From: an uncultured Candidatus Actinomarina sp.
Lineage (GTDB): Bacteria; Actinomycetota; Acidimicrobiia; Actinomarinales; Actinomarinaceae
NCBI GenBank assembly: GCA_902625455.1
Contig: CACOBL010000002.1
Coordinates: 561 to 64,560, forward strand
Direction of reading: 5' to 3'
DNA: 64,000 nt
Made by a program: the position numbers and the translations under genes
In this document: positions 1 to 8,347 of the stretch, piece by piece
Layout: every line of letters begins with the position of its first letter
How positions within the stretch are numbered: position 1 is the first letter of the stretch
The notes under the pieces: model-generated
The model's database searches: none
Seen by the model: only the letters and a program-made list of their open reading frames with translations
Told to the model about the DNA's origin: nothing

Positions 1-492
1 AGAGTTTTGGCACAATTATTTTCAGATAGAGGAGTTAAGTTAAAAAATACTTATCAACTTAATGTTGGTGGAAATATGGATTTTCTAAATATGCTTGAAG
101 AAGACAGATTAGAAACAAAGAGAACCAGCAAGACATCATCTGTCACATCGGTTGCAAATAAAGGTAAAGGAATTGAACCTGATAATGTAAGAATTGGTCC
201 TTCGGACTATGTTAAATGGTTAGAGGATAGAAAAAAAGCATTTATTCGTCTTGAAGGTGAGTCTTTTGGTGGTGCACCATTAAATATTGAAGTTCAACTT
301 GAGGTTTGGGACTCACCTAATAGTGCTGGAGTAACAATTGATGCAGTAAGATATATGAAGTTTTTTAAAGATAAAAATGACTTGGAAAGTTTAGACCTTG
401 TATCAGCTTGGTTAATGAAAGCTCCAGCTAAATCTCAAAAAGATGGAGACGTTTTAATGAAGCTACATGAATTAACTCATATAGATGATTAG
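1..492 (+). CDS. ino1: myo-inositol-1-phosphate (inositol-3-phosphate) synthase, C-terminal fragment (5' end lies outside the window)
   Basis: The ORF runs to the window edge with no upstream stop. The motif 'LEVWDSPNSAGVTIDAVRY' resembles the conserved C-terminal region of actinobacterial Ino1. Confidence 0.55.
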   Translation, partial: RVLAQLFSDRGVKLKNTYQLNVGGNMDFLNMLEEDRLETKRTSKTSSVTSVANKGKGIEPDNVRIGPSDYVKWLEDRKKAFIRLEGESFGGAPLNIEVQLEVWDSPNSAGVTIDAVRYMKFFKDKNDLESLDLVSAWLMKAPAKSQKDGDVLMKLHELTHIDD

Positions 493-1755
493 TTAATTCA
501 AAGATTTATTAAAAATCTCCATAGCTTCTTCAACATGATTCAGTGGAGTTGTCAATGGTCCCATAAATCTTATTACATTTCCTTCTTTACCACATGAAAC
601 AAGAAGTAATCCATTGTCTTTACATTTATTTATGATGTCGTTAGTTTTTAATTTATCAGGATTTTTACTTTTTTTATTTTCTACTATTTCTACGCCAATC
701 ATGGGACCATAACCTCTAACATCACCAATAAAATTATGTTTTTCCATTGCAATATTCAAATTAGATTTCATTACTTTTTCTTGCATTAAGGTATTTGATA
801 AAATATTTTCATTATCAAATGCTTCAAAGACTCCCAATGCAGCAGCACATGACACAGGTGATGCGCCAAATGTACTACCTATTCCAGCATCGTGTATTGA
901 GTCCATAATAGCTTTTTGACCTACGACAGCCGCAAGAGGGAATCCTCCTCCTATTCCTTTGGCCAGAGTAACCATATCTGGCTCAACGTCTACATGTTCA
1001 GCACCAAACATTTTTCCAGTTCTACCAAATCCTGTTTGAACTTCATCAAATATCAGCAATATTCCATGTTTGTCACAAATTTCTCTCAGATATTGTATAA
1101 AGTTCGGAGATGCTGGAATGTAGCCACCTTCACCTAGTTGAATTTCAATAACAACAGCAGCAACATCTTGAGGATTTAAATTTTTCGACAAAAGTTTGTT
1201 TAATTGCTCAATTGCTACATTGTCAGAAATATTTCTATATTCATATGGATATTCTGTGTGATGAATAAAGCTTGGAAAAGGACCAAAACCTTCCTTGTAA
1301 GGTTTATCTTTTCCAGTTAAGCCCATAGCCAAGTATGTTCTACCATGAAAACCGCCTTTAAAAGATATTATCTCTTGCCTTCCTGTGTAATATCTAGCAA
1401 TTTTAACTGCATTTTCAACTGCTTCTGCTCCACTATTAACCAAAAAAGATCTTGTTTCTTGTGATATTGGATATCTTAAATTTAATTCTTGGCATACCTT
1501 TACCGCATTTTCATGGGGTGCAAATGCGAAGCATGAGTGAGAAAAATCTTCAAGCTGATTTTTTACTTTTTCAATTATCACAGGGTGCAAATGTCCAGTA
1601 TTTAGTACTGCATATCCACCAACAAAATCGAGAAATCTATTACCGTCAGAATCCCATATTTCAGCATTCTTTCCTTTTACAATAAAATTTTCTAATGTGC
1701 TGTACCATGCACTTGGTACATTTTCAGTTATAGCATTGTTCATCAGATTAACCAT
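493..1755 (-). CDS. class III (omega) aminotransferase, GabT-like (PLP-dependent)
   Basis: 420-aa ORF containing 'LIFDEVQTGFGRTGKMF' and 'SFKGGFHGRT', typical of 4-aminobutyrate/acetylornithine-type aminotransferases. Confidence 0.8.
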   Translation of the reverse strand: MVNLMNNAITENVPSAWYSTLENFIVKGKNAEIWDSDGNRFLDFVGGYAVLNTGHLHPVIIEKVKNQLEDFSHSCFAFAPHENAVKVCQELNLRYPISQETRSFLVNSGAEAVENAVKIARYYTGRQEIISFKGGFHGRTYLAMGLTGKDKPYKEGFGPFPSFIHHTEYPYEYRNISDNVAIEQLNKLLSKNLNPQDVAAVVIEIQLGEGGYIPASPNFIQYLREICDKHGILLIFDEVQTGFGRTGKMFGAEHVDVEPDMVTLAKGIGGGFPLAAVVGQKAIMDSIHDAGIGSTFGASPVSCAAALGVFEAFDNENILSNTLMQEKVMKSNLNIAMEKHNFIGDVRGYGPMIGVEIVENKKSKNPDKLKTNDIINKCKDNGLLLVSCGKEGNVIRFMGPLTTPLNHVEEAMEIFNKSLN

Positions 1756-1816
1756 TAATGAATACTGTAACTGATTAATTATTAATACTCAATTTTGTAG
1801 CCACTAAAATAAACCT

Positions 1817-2185
1817 ATGGATTTTTATTTTATGGAATTACCTTCTTACGTAAGTATTTTTGTATGTGCATTGGTTGGTCTTATTTTATTAGTTGTAAAA
1901 TTTAGCAAATTTGAAATAAGCATTATTGTTACTAATTATTTAATATTGCTCGCCTTGTTATCTGTCTTAATACAAGTATTAATTGTTGTTTATTATTCTC
2001 AAGATAACGAAATAGGAACTTTCAGCATGTTCTACAATATTGTAAATTTATTTGTTCTTACATTTTTATATATTTATCGAAATGAAATGAAATTAAATTA
2101 TCATTTATATTGGTCTTTCGCACTATTCTTTTTGATGGGAATGGAGATAAGAGCAATTCAAACTTTAGGATTAGGACTTAATTAA
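1817..2185 (+). CDS. hypothetical small integral membrane protein
   Basis: 122 aa, almost entirely hydrophobic (about 4 predicted TM helices). Its stop overlaps the next gene's start (ATGA-type overlap at 2185). Confidence 0.4.
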   Translation: MDFYFMELPSYVSIFVCALVGLILLVVKFSKFEISIIVTNYLILLALLSVLIQVLIVVYYSQDNEIGTFSMFYNIVNLFVLTFLYIYRNEMKLNYHLYWSFALFFLMGMEIRAIQTLGLGLN

Positions 2186-2892
2186 TGGGATATAAAGTTC
2201 TTGAAGATAATTTAACGTTTGCAAATATTAATTCTGATAAACCAACAGTCTGTTTTCTACATGGCTGGGGAAGGAGCAGCAAAGATTTTATTCATATTGA
2301 AAATGAATTTGAGTCAATTGCATTTGATATTCCTGGATTTGGAAAATCAATACCATTTCCCAGAAGTCTTTCTCCGAAAAAATATGCAGACTATCTAGCA
2401 GGATTAATTCCAAGTTCTGTGGAAATAATAGTAGGTCATTCATTTGGTGGAAGAATAGCCGTACACTTGTCTCAGATAAATAAATATAAAAAGATAGTCC
2501 TAATTGGTGTACCTTTAATAAAAAAACAAAATACAAAAAAATCATCGTCTATTTTTGAGATTTATAAATTTATGAATAAATTTAAATTTATTAGTAATGA
2601 AAAGCTAGATCAAATTAAAAACAAATATGGTTCCGAAGATTACAAGAATGCAAATAAATATTTAAAAGATACACTCGTTATGGCTATCAATGATGATTTG
2701 AAAGACATTTTGTCAAAGATCGATACTAAAGTTGAACTTGTTTGGGGCGAAGATGACTCAGAAGTACCGCTTCAAGTTGGTTTGGATTCTAATGATATAA
2801 TTCCTAATTCTGAACTAACGATAATTCCTAGTAGTGGTCACAATGTATTAATGAGTAATCCTCAAATCGTTATTGGAGTAATCAAAAAATGA
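2185..2892 (+). CDS. alpha/beta-fold hydrolase
   Basis: Nucleophile elbow 'GHSFGG', 'HGWG' near the N-terminus and a C-terminal 'GH' motif. 4-nt overlap with the downstream gene. Confidence 0.6.
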   Translation: MGYKVLEDNLTFANINSDKPTVCFLHGWGRSSKDFIHIENEFESIAFDIPGFGKSIPFPRSLSPKKYADYLAGLIPSSVEIIVGHSFGGRIAVHLSQINKYKKIVLIGVPLIKKQNTKKSSSIFEIYKFMNKFKFISNEKLDQIKNKYGSEDYKNANKYLKDTLVMAINDDLKDILSKIDTKVELVWGEDDSEVPLQVGLDSNDIIPNSELTIIPSSGHNVLMSNPQIVIGVIKK

Positions 2893-4412
2893 ATATCATT
2901 TATACAATAGTATTAATTATTCTTACGCTAAGTTCTTGTGCTAATTCTTTAAGATGGGGGAGAATTGCGCAGCGAGAACATTACATCCCTGGATATGTCA
3001 CAAAGTTTTACTTCCGATGGGTTAGATTAGTACCTTACAATAATCTTTATTATTTATCCAGTCTAATTTTAGCTCTTCTTAGTCTATGGACTCCTTACAC
3101 AGCTTTAGTCTTGGCTATAATCAATCTTTTCTTACCTATTGGATTATTGTTCAAAGACAGATCTGCAAAAGTTGAATTTACTGAGAGATTGAAGCGCCTG
3201 AATATTGTTTACTATTTTTTAATTATTTTGATATCAGTTATATCTGTAAACGCTGGATTTGGTTATTTCCTAGCTCTAATTGCTAATGTTTTCTCACATT
3301 ATATTTTCGATCAAGCTTTGAGGATAACAAAAGGTTATGAAAAAAATAAATCTCAAATTTTCGTCGATAATGCTGAAAAAAAGATCTCTACTTTTAATGG
3401 TCCTATAATTGCAATTACAGGTTCATACTCTAAAACAACAACTAAAAATACCATTTCTCAAATCATTTCAACTAAAAACAATGTTTTTGTTACACCAGAA
3501 AGTTTTAATAATCGACTGGGAATTTCCAAAGCTATTAATGAAGAATTAGATTCTTCACATGAAATAGCTATTTTTGAAATGGGAACATATGGATTTGGAG
3601 AAATACGTGAGATGTGTGCATGGGTCAAACCACATATTTCAGTTATAACTGGTATTGCACCTGTTCATTTGGAAAGAATGAAGTCATTAGAAAATATCCT
3701 TGATGCAAAATCAGAGATTGTAGATCTTACCGGGACAGTAATTATCAACGGAGATGATGAGCTACTGCTAAATCAAGCAAGATTATGGACAGCACAAAAA
3801 ATGGTTATTGATTGTTCAACAACATCAAAGAACGCTGCTGTTTTTGTCGAGTATCAGAATTCTTTACATTCTATTTATATATCTGGTAAATTCATAGCTT
3901 CTGTTAAAGGTGCAAAAATATTACAGCTTTCTATTGCATTAACTGTGGGTGTACTCATAGCTTTAGAAATGGATATCATAGAATATTTTCAAAAGATTGA
4001 AAATTTAGAAAAAACTTCTCATCGACAGACCATACTAAAAGGAAACTTGGGTCATACTATTATTGATAATTCTTTTAACTCAAACCCAATTTCAAATTTA
4101 GCATCTTTAGAACTGTTATATTCACAGAAAACTGATGGTAAAAAATACTTGATTACTCCAGGAATGGTAGAGCTAGGTTCTGACCAATTTACCTATAATT
4201 ATGAGTTTGCCTTCAATGCTAGTGAAATTATAGATGAAGCTCTTGTGGTTGGTTTTACAAATAAAACTGCACTCACGATAGCTTTTGAAGATAATAATAT
4301 TCCAGTTAAATTTTTTAAAAATAGAGATTTAGCAGTTTCTTATCTAAACTCTGTTGTGAAAGATAATGATGTTGTTTTATTTGAAAATGATTTACCTGAT
4401 CATCACCCTTAA
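2889..4412 (+). CDS. Mur ligase family protein (MurF-like) with an N-terminal polytopic membrane domain
   Basis: The central region has the MurF-type P-loop 'ITGSYSKTTTKN', 'FNNRLGISKAI' and 'EMGTYGFGEIREM...ITGIAPVHLE'. The first ~170 aa are hydrophobic helices with no intervening stop. Confidence 0.6.
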   Translation: MNIIYTIVLIILTLSSCANSLRWGRIAQREHYIPGYVTKFYFRWVRLVPYNNLYYLSSLILALLSLWTPYTALVLAIINLFLPIGLLFKDRSAKVEFTERLKRLNIVYYFLIILISVISVNAGFGYFLALIANVFSHYIFDQALRITKGYEKNKSQIFVDNAEKKISTFNGPIIAITGSYSKTTTKNTISQIISTKNNVFVTPESFNNRLGISKAINEELDSSHEIAIFEMGTYGFGEIREMCAWVKPHISVITGIAPVHLERMKSLENILDAKSEIVDLTGTVIINGDDELLLNQARLWTAQKMVIDCSTTSKNAAVFVEYQNSLHSIYISGKFIASVKGAKILQLSIALTVGVLIALEMDIIEYFQKIENLEKTSHRQTILKGNLGHTIIDNSFNSNPISNLASLELLYSQKTDGKKYLITPGMVELGSDQFTYNYEFAFNASEIIDEALVVGFTNKTALTIAFEDNNIPVKFFKNRDLAVSYLNSVVKDNDVVLFENDLPDHHP

Positions 4413-4415
4413 ATT

Positions 4416-5498
4416 ATGAGTGACAAATTAGCAGTAATATATGGAGGTCCATCTCCAGAACATGACATATCAATATTAACAGGTTTGCAAGCTGCAAAAA
4501 TATTATCTTCAAAATATGAAGTTTTAAATATCTACTGGTCGCGTGACAACAAATGGTATTTGGTTGATAATAATCTAGAATCTAAAGATTTTTTAGAAAA
4601 TAAAGATATATTTAAAAAAGAAATATCTATAAAGCTAGACTCAAACCCAGGTTTTTATCTCAAAAAGAAAAAAATCGAAATAGATTTAATTGTAAATTCA
4701 TGCCATGGTGGACCAGGAGAAGATGGTACTTTGCAAAGCCTGTTTGCATTATTAAAATTGAACTTCACTGGGCCATCATTGACCACATCTCAATTATGTA
4801 TGGATAAATATGCTTTTTTTACCTTAATGAGAAGCAACAATATACCAGTTCTTGAAAAACAACTAGTTTCTAAAAATGTTAATCCACAATTTAATGGTCC
4901 ATATATTCTTAAACCTAGATTTGGTGGTTCCTCTATTGGAGTAGAAATTGTAGAGGATTATAAAACTGCAATAAGCATCACCTCAACATCAGATCTTTAT
5001 AATCAAGGCGCAACTATTGAAAAGTATTTAGAAGAATCTTCAGATTTATTGATTGCTGTTAGATCCTTCCCTATGCAAAATTATTCAGAAATTGAAAAAC
5101 CAATTAGATCAAATAATTTTGAATTATTTTCCTATACAGATAAATATTTAGAAAATGGGGGATTAGAGGGTTCTAAAAGAGAACTTCCAGCAAAAATTGA
5201 AAAAGAAGTTGAAGATGAAATTTATCGAATACTAGATTTATTTATGACAATTGTTGAAATTAGAGGAATATCTAGAGTAGATTTTCTTCTGAAAGATAAA
5301 GAATTGTATCTAAACGAAGTTAATACGATACCTGGCAGTCACGCTCTGTATTTATGGGAAACAAAAGGATTCAGCAAATTTGAGTTAATGAATGATATGA
5401 TTTCTGAAGCTAAAAATTCTTCATTAACTTGGTCTACAGAGGGATCTGATGGAACTGCATTAAAATCTGCAAAAGATATCAAAAGTAAATTAGGTTAA
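4416..5498 (+). CDS. ddl: D-alanine--D-alanine ligase
   Basis: N-terminal 'AVIYGGPSPEHDISILTG' and an ATP-grasp C-terminus, about 360 aa. Confidence 0.8.
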   Translation: MSDKLAVIYGGPSPEHDISILTGLQAAKILSSKYEVLNIYWSRDNKWYLVDNNLESKDFLENKDIFKKEISIKLDSNPGFYLKKKKIEIDLIVNSCHGGPGEDGTLQSLFALLKLNFTGPSLTTSQLCMDKYAFFTLMRSNNIPVLEKQLVSKNVNPQFNGPYILKPRFGGSSIGVEIVEDYKTAISITSTSDLYNQGATIEKYLEESSDLLIAVRSFPMQNYSEIEKPIRSNNFELFSYTDKYLENGGLEGSKRELPAKIEKEVEDEIYRILDLFMTIVEIRGISRVDFLLKDKELYLNEVNTIPGSHALYLWETKGFSKFELMNDMISEAKNSSLTWSTEGSDGTALKSAKDIKSKLG

Positions 5499-6134
5499 AT
5501 GTACGGGATATTTTGGGATTGTGATGGAACTATCATGGATACGGAACGACTCTATGCTTATGCTTGGCAAACGCATCTAAAAGATTTCGGACTAAGTATT
5601 CCAGAAGAAGAAATAAAACAATTTGTTGGAGTAGATGATAAGATTGTTCATTCATTTTATTCCGAACAGGTAGAACTCGAAAATTTCCACCAAACGATGT
5701 CTAATTTAGGCTATATAATTGAAAATTCATTAGATGAAAGATTAATATTTCAAGATGCAAAAAGATTACTTCAACAATTATCGGATCTGGAGTATAAACA
5801 GGCTTGTGTATCCGCCAGTCCATATAATCTATTACACAAAAAACTTCAAAGATTTCAAATTGATACTTATTTTAATTTTGTCATCGGAGGTGATTTAGTA
5901 AAGAGAAATAAACCATATCCTGATATTTACAATGAGGCAATTGAGAAATTGGGAACTTCTCTAAATTTAGTTATTGAAGATAGCCCAACAGGCATATCAT
6001 CTGGTAAAGCTTCTGGCTCGTATGTTTTGGCAATTGACAGAGGAATATTTTCTAAAGAACAATTAAACGAGGCGGATGAAGTAGTTGAAATATTAGATTT
6101 AGAAATCATAAATAATATTTTAAAAAGACTGTAA
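5499..6134 (+). CDS. HAD-superfamily hydrolase (beta-phosphoglucomutase/phosphatase-like)
   Basis: Motif I 'FWDCDGTIMDTE' (DxDGT). It starts immediately after the ddl stop. Confidence 0.7.
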   Translation: MYGIFWDCDGTIMDTERLYAYAWQTHLKDFGLSIPEEEIKQFVGVDDKIVHSFYSEQVELENFHQTMSNLGYIIENSLDERLIFQDAKRLLQQLSDLEYKQACVSASPYNLLHKKLQRFQIDTYFNFVIGGDLVKRNKPYPDIYNEAIEKLGTSLNLVIEDSPTGISSGKASGSYVLAIDRGIFSKEQLNEADEVVEILDLEIINNILKRL

Positions 6135-6187
6135 ATGTTAGATATATTTAAAATAAATTACAAAACTTTCTTAGGCACAATATGTGA

Positions 6188-6610
6188 CTAAGAAATATTA
6201 AGAATTAATACAGGAATTTGTCTTGCAGTTCTTTTTTGATATGCTTCGTACCCACCATTGTTCAAATAATCCATTTTGATCCACCACTCATCTTTTTCTT
6301 CTCCATGAATTTCTCTTGCAACAGCATTAAATTTTTTTCTTCCTATTTGAATTACACATTCAGGATATTTTTTTAAATTGTGATACCAACCAGGATTAGT
6401 ATCACTCCCACCTTTTGAGGCTACAATACAGACATCTCGATCTTCTTTTAAGAAAACTAAAACATTTTTTCTTTCTAAATTTGTTTTAGCACCAGTTGTA
6501 TGAAGTATCAAACATGGCCGATTACTTAAAAACTTACCGATTCTTCCATCAGAGAAAATATATATATAGTTATGAAAGAAGAGAAATAAAAAAAGAAAAT
6601 ATCTTTTCAT
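6188..6610 (-). CDS. F420H2-dependent nitroreductase (Ddn) family protein / PPOX-class split-barrel
   Basis: The C-terminus 'YEAYQKRTARQIPVLILN' and 'NPGWYHNLKKYPECVIQIG' match the Ddn/deazaflavin-dependent nitroreductase family. Start taken at the internal ATG 6610 (ATGA overlap with the upstream gene); the longer ORF to 6637 would overlap by 31 nt. Confidence 0.6.
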   Translation of the reverse strand: MKRYFLFLFLFFHNYIYIFSDGRIGKFLSNRPCLILHTTGAKTNLERKNVLVFLKEDRDVCIVASKGGSDTNPGWYHNLKKYPECVIQIGRKKFNAVAREIHGEEKDEWWIKMDYLNNGGYEAYQKRTARQIPVLILNIS

Positions 6611-7803
6611 ATTTTTAATTCTATTCTTTTTTTCCAAGAACTAAAACTGGAAGGGTAAAAGTTAATAGGTTCGACCAACCTTGTGGAGGGAAACTCCACA
6701 GTGGGAATATTTTTTTTTGTTATTTTTTTATATTTAGGTACCGGCGCAAATGTACTTCCAAAATTTTTACCATTTAAAAACTCAATTGGGTCATCTAAGT
6801 AAATTTTGAGCTCTCTTTTGTTAGCTAATTCTTTTAGGCAATCTAATAAAAATATAATTCTTTTGGTAGAAAGTTGTAGATATTTTAATAAAGGTTTATC
6901 AAAAATAAAAATAGCAGGAAGATTTGAGTAATAATTTAATGCTGGATCATTATCTCCTAATGATTCAGCAGTTAGCCATACAAATTCAGGTTTAGAATCT
7001 ATATTATTTTTTACACTTTTTGGTCCAAAATTTATTTCAGGATTTAAATCAAACTCAATTGTTTTTTTAGTTATGCTTACTTCTTCTGGCCAATTTTGTA
7101 TAGGACAATCATATTTGACTACACAAGTGTTGCACAAACTTTTAGCCCTTTTATCTACTTGGAATTTAGAAAATCCATAAATTTTTCCAGTTTGCGAACC
7201 CATAACCCATTGCCAACCTAATCTGTTTGCAAATCTTGATCCGTCAACTAAATGTTTAAACATGTAATCTTCATAATTTCTCCAATTGTTTCCATCCCTT
7301 AATGAAAAGTGAGAAGCAAACCACATTCTTGTTTGATTGACCATGTATCCAGTGCTTTCAAGTTCGGTTTTAATTGAATCAATACAGTTCATATTTTGGT
7401 AATTATGGTTATTTTTGTTTGATTTAATTGAATAATTTAAATAATTACGTGAATTTTTACCCACAATTGCATATAAATGTCTTGAAAACTCTTGCCATAA
7501 CAGTTCATCTCTAAATTTTGTTTTATCTTGATATTCAAATTTTTCAACAAAACTCCATACTTCGGGTAACGAAATTAATCCATGCCTTATATAAGGTGAT
7601 ATATAAGTTGACCCTCTTTTTTCAATAGGTAAAACATTATTTCGAGTTTTTGCATAATTTTGAATATCCAGTGAATTCAGAGCATTATCTGCATAAGTTT
7701 GTCCACCCTTTATTAGTGGGTCTGTATAATCATCACAGCATAAATCATTAAAATATTTTTTAATGATTTCTTCGTTTGATAGGTCTAGATTAATAAAGGA
7801 CAT
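6607..7803 (-). CDS. cryptochrome/photolyase-family flavoprotein (atypical domain order)
   Basis: Residues 30-220 carry FAD-binding-domain motifs ('TGYMVNQTRMWFASHF', 'YMFKHLVDGSRFANRLGWQWVMGS'), followed by a Cys cluster 'CNTCVVKYDCP'. The C-terminal ~120 aa ('VWLTAESLGDNDPAL...IFIFD') resemble the photolyase N-terminal alpha/beta domain. Confidence 0.6.
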   Translation of the reverse strand: MSFINLDLSNEEIIKKYFNDLCCDDYTDPLIKGGQTYADNALNSLDIQNYAKTRNNVLPIEKRGSTYISPYIRHGLISLPEVWSFVEKFEYQDKTKFRDELLWQEFSRHLYAIVGKNSRNYLNYSIKSNKNNHNYQNMNCIDSIKTELESTGYMVNQTRMWFASHFSLRDGNNWRNYEDYMFKHLVDGSRFANRLGWQWVMGSQTGKIYGFSKFQVDKRAKSLCNTCVVKYDCPIQNWPEEVSITKKTIEFDLNPEINFGPKSVKNNIDSKPEFVWLTAESLGDNDPALNYYSNLPAIFIFDKPLLKYLQLSTKRIIFLLDCLKELANKRELKIYLDDPIEFLNGKNFGSTFAPVPKYKKITKKNIPTVEFPSTRLVEPINFYPSSFSSWKKRIELKI

Positions 7804-7811
7804 TAAGTTGT

Positions 7812-8027
7812 TTAATACTTATCTTGTCCAATTCGAATATTTTTGACAACATTAACTTCATCATGGGATTCAATTTCAAAATTTATTCTTTGACCCTGTC
7901 TTAATGTTCTAAAAATAGAGCCTTTTAGCGAACCTGGTATAAGATAAACTTCGGATTTGTCGGTATCTAGTAATATGATTCCATTTCCAGTATTTGGATC
8001 ATATGACTTAACAACACCTTGTGCCAT
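7812..8027 (-). CDS. cold-shock-domain-like OB-fold protein (divergent)
   Basis: 71 aa; 'MAQGVVKSYDPNTGNGIILLD...GSIFRTLRQGQRINFEI' aligns with the CspA pattern (MxQGxVKWFN..GFGFI...GFRTLxEGQxVxFEx) but lacks the RNP1 aromatic residues. Confidence 0.5.
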   Translation of the reverse strand: MAQGVVKSYDPNTGNGIILLDTDKSEVYLIPGSLKGSIFRTLRQGQRINFEIESHDEVNVVKNIRIGQDKY

Positions 8028-8263
8028 TAAACTTTTTCGCCTCTTTGTCTGATTTCTTTCACAACTGACTCTATTCCACGCTTATCTATTATTTTGTTAC
8101 CTCTTGTACTAACTTTAAGCTTTACCCATCTATTTTCGCTCGCTAGCCAATACTTTTTTGTTTGAATATTAGGTTTAAACCATCGAGGATTTCTTTTGTG
8201 TGAAAAAGTAACGTTCTTTCCAGATCTTGGTTCTCTTCCTGTAACTTGACATCTATTTGCCAT
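8027..8263 (-). CDS. rpmB: 50S ribosomal protein L28
   Basis: 'MANRCQVTGREPRSGKNVTFSHKRNPRWFKPNIQ' is typical L28. Start set at the internal ATG (the ORF track extends it by 7 codons). Confidence 0.8.
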   Translation of the reverse strand: MANRCQVTGREPRSGKNVTFSHKRNPRWFKPNIQTKKYWLASENRWVKLKVSTRGNKIIDKRGIESVVKEIRQRGEKV

Positions 8264-8347
8264 AATATTTCCTCCAAAATACAATTCTAACTATAACTAA
8301 TTTATTAATTTGTAGGTACTTTCATTTTAAAACTTTTTAGGTAATGT

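Noticed and set aside
916-1137. Antisense ORFs nested inside annotated genes (e.g. 916-1137, 1452-1685, 2288-2545, 5927-6109, 8548-8787, 12547-12753, 13113-13463, 15533-15850, 23787-24131, 26345-26641, 26864-27232, 36961-37305, 38803-39119, 42068-42424, 45566-45934, 50942-51421, 55698-55919, 59612-59857, 63177-63554)
   Set aside because: All lie opposite strong, homology-supported CDSs. They have low-complexity or S/T/L-rich translations typical of antisense frames in AT-rich DNA, and no RBS or family motifs.
6611-6637. Longer start for the Ddn-like gene (31-nt overlap with the photolyase-like gene)
   Set aside because: The ATG at 6610 yields a 4-nt ATGA overlap and removes an implausible lysine-rich N-terminal 9 aa.
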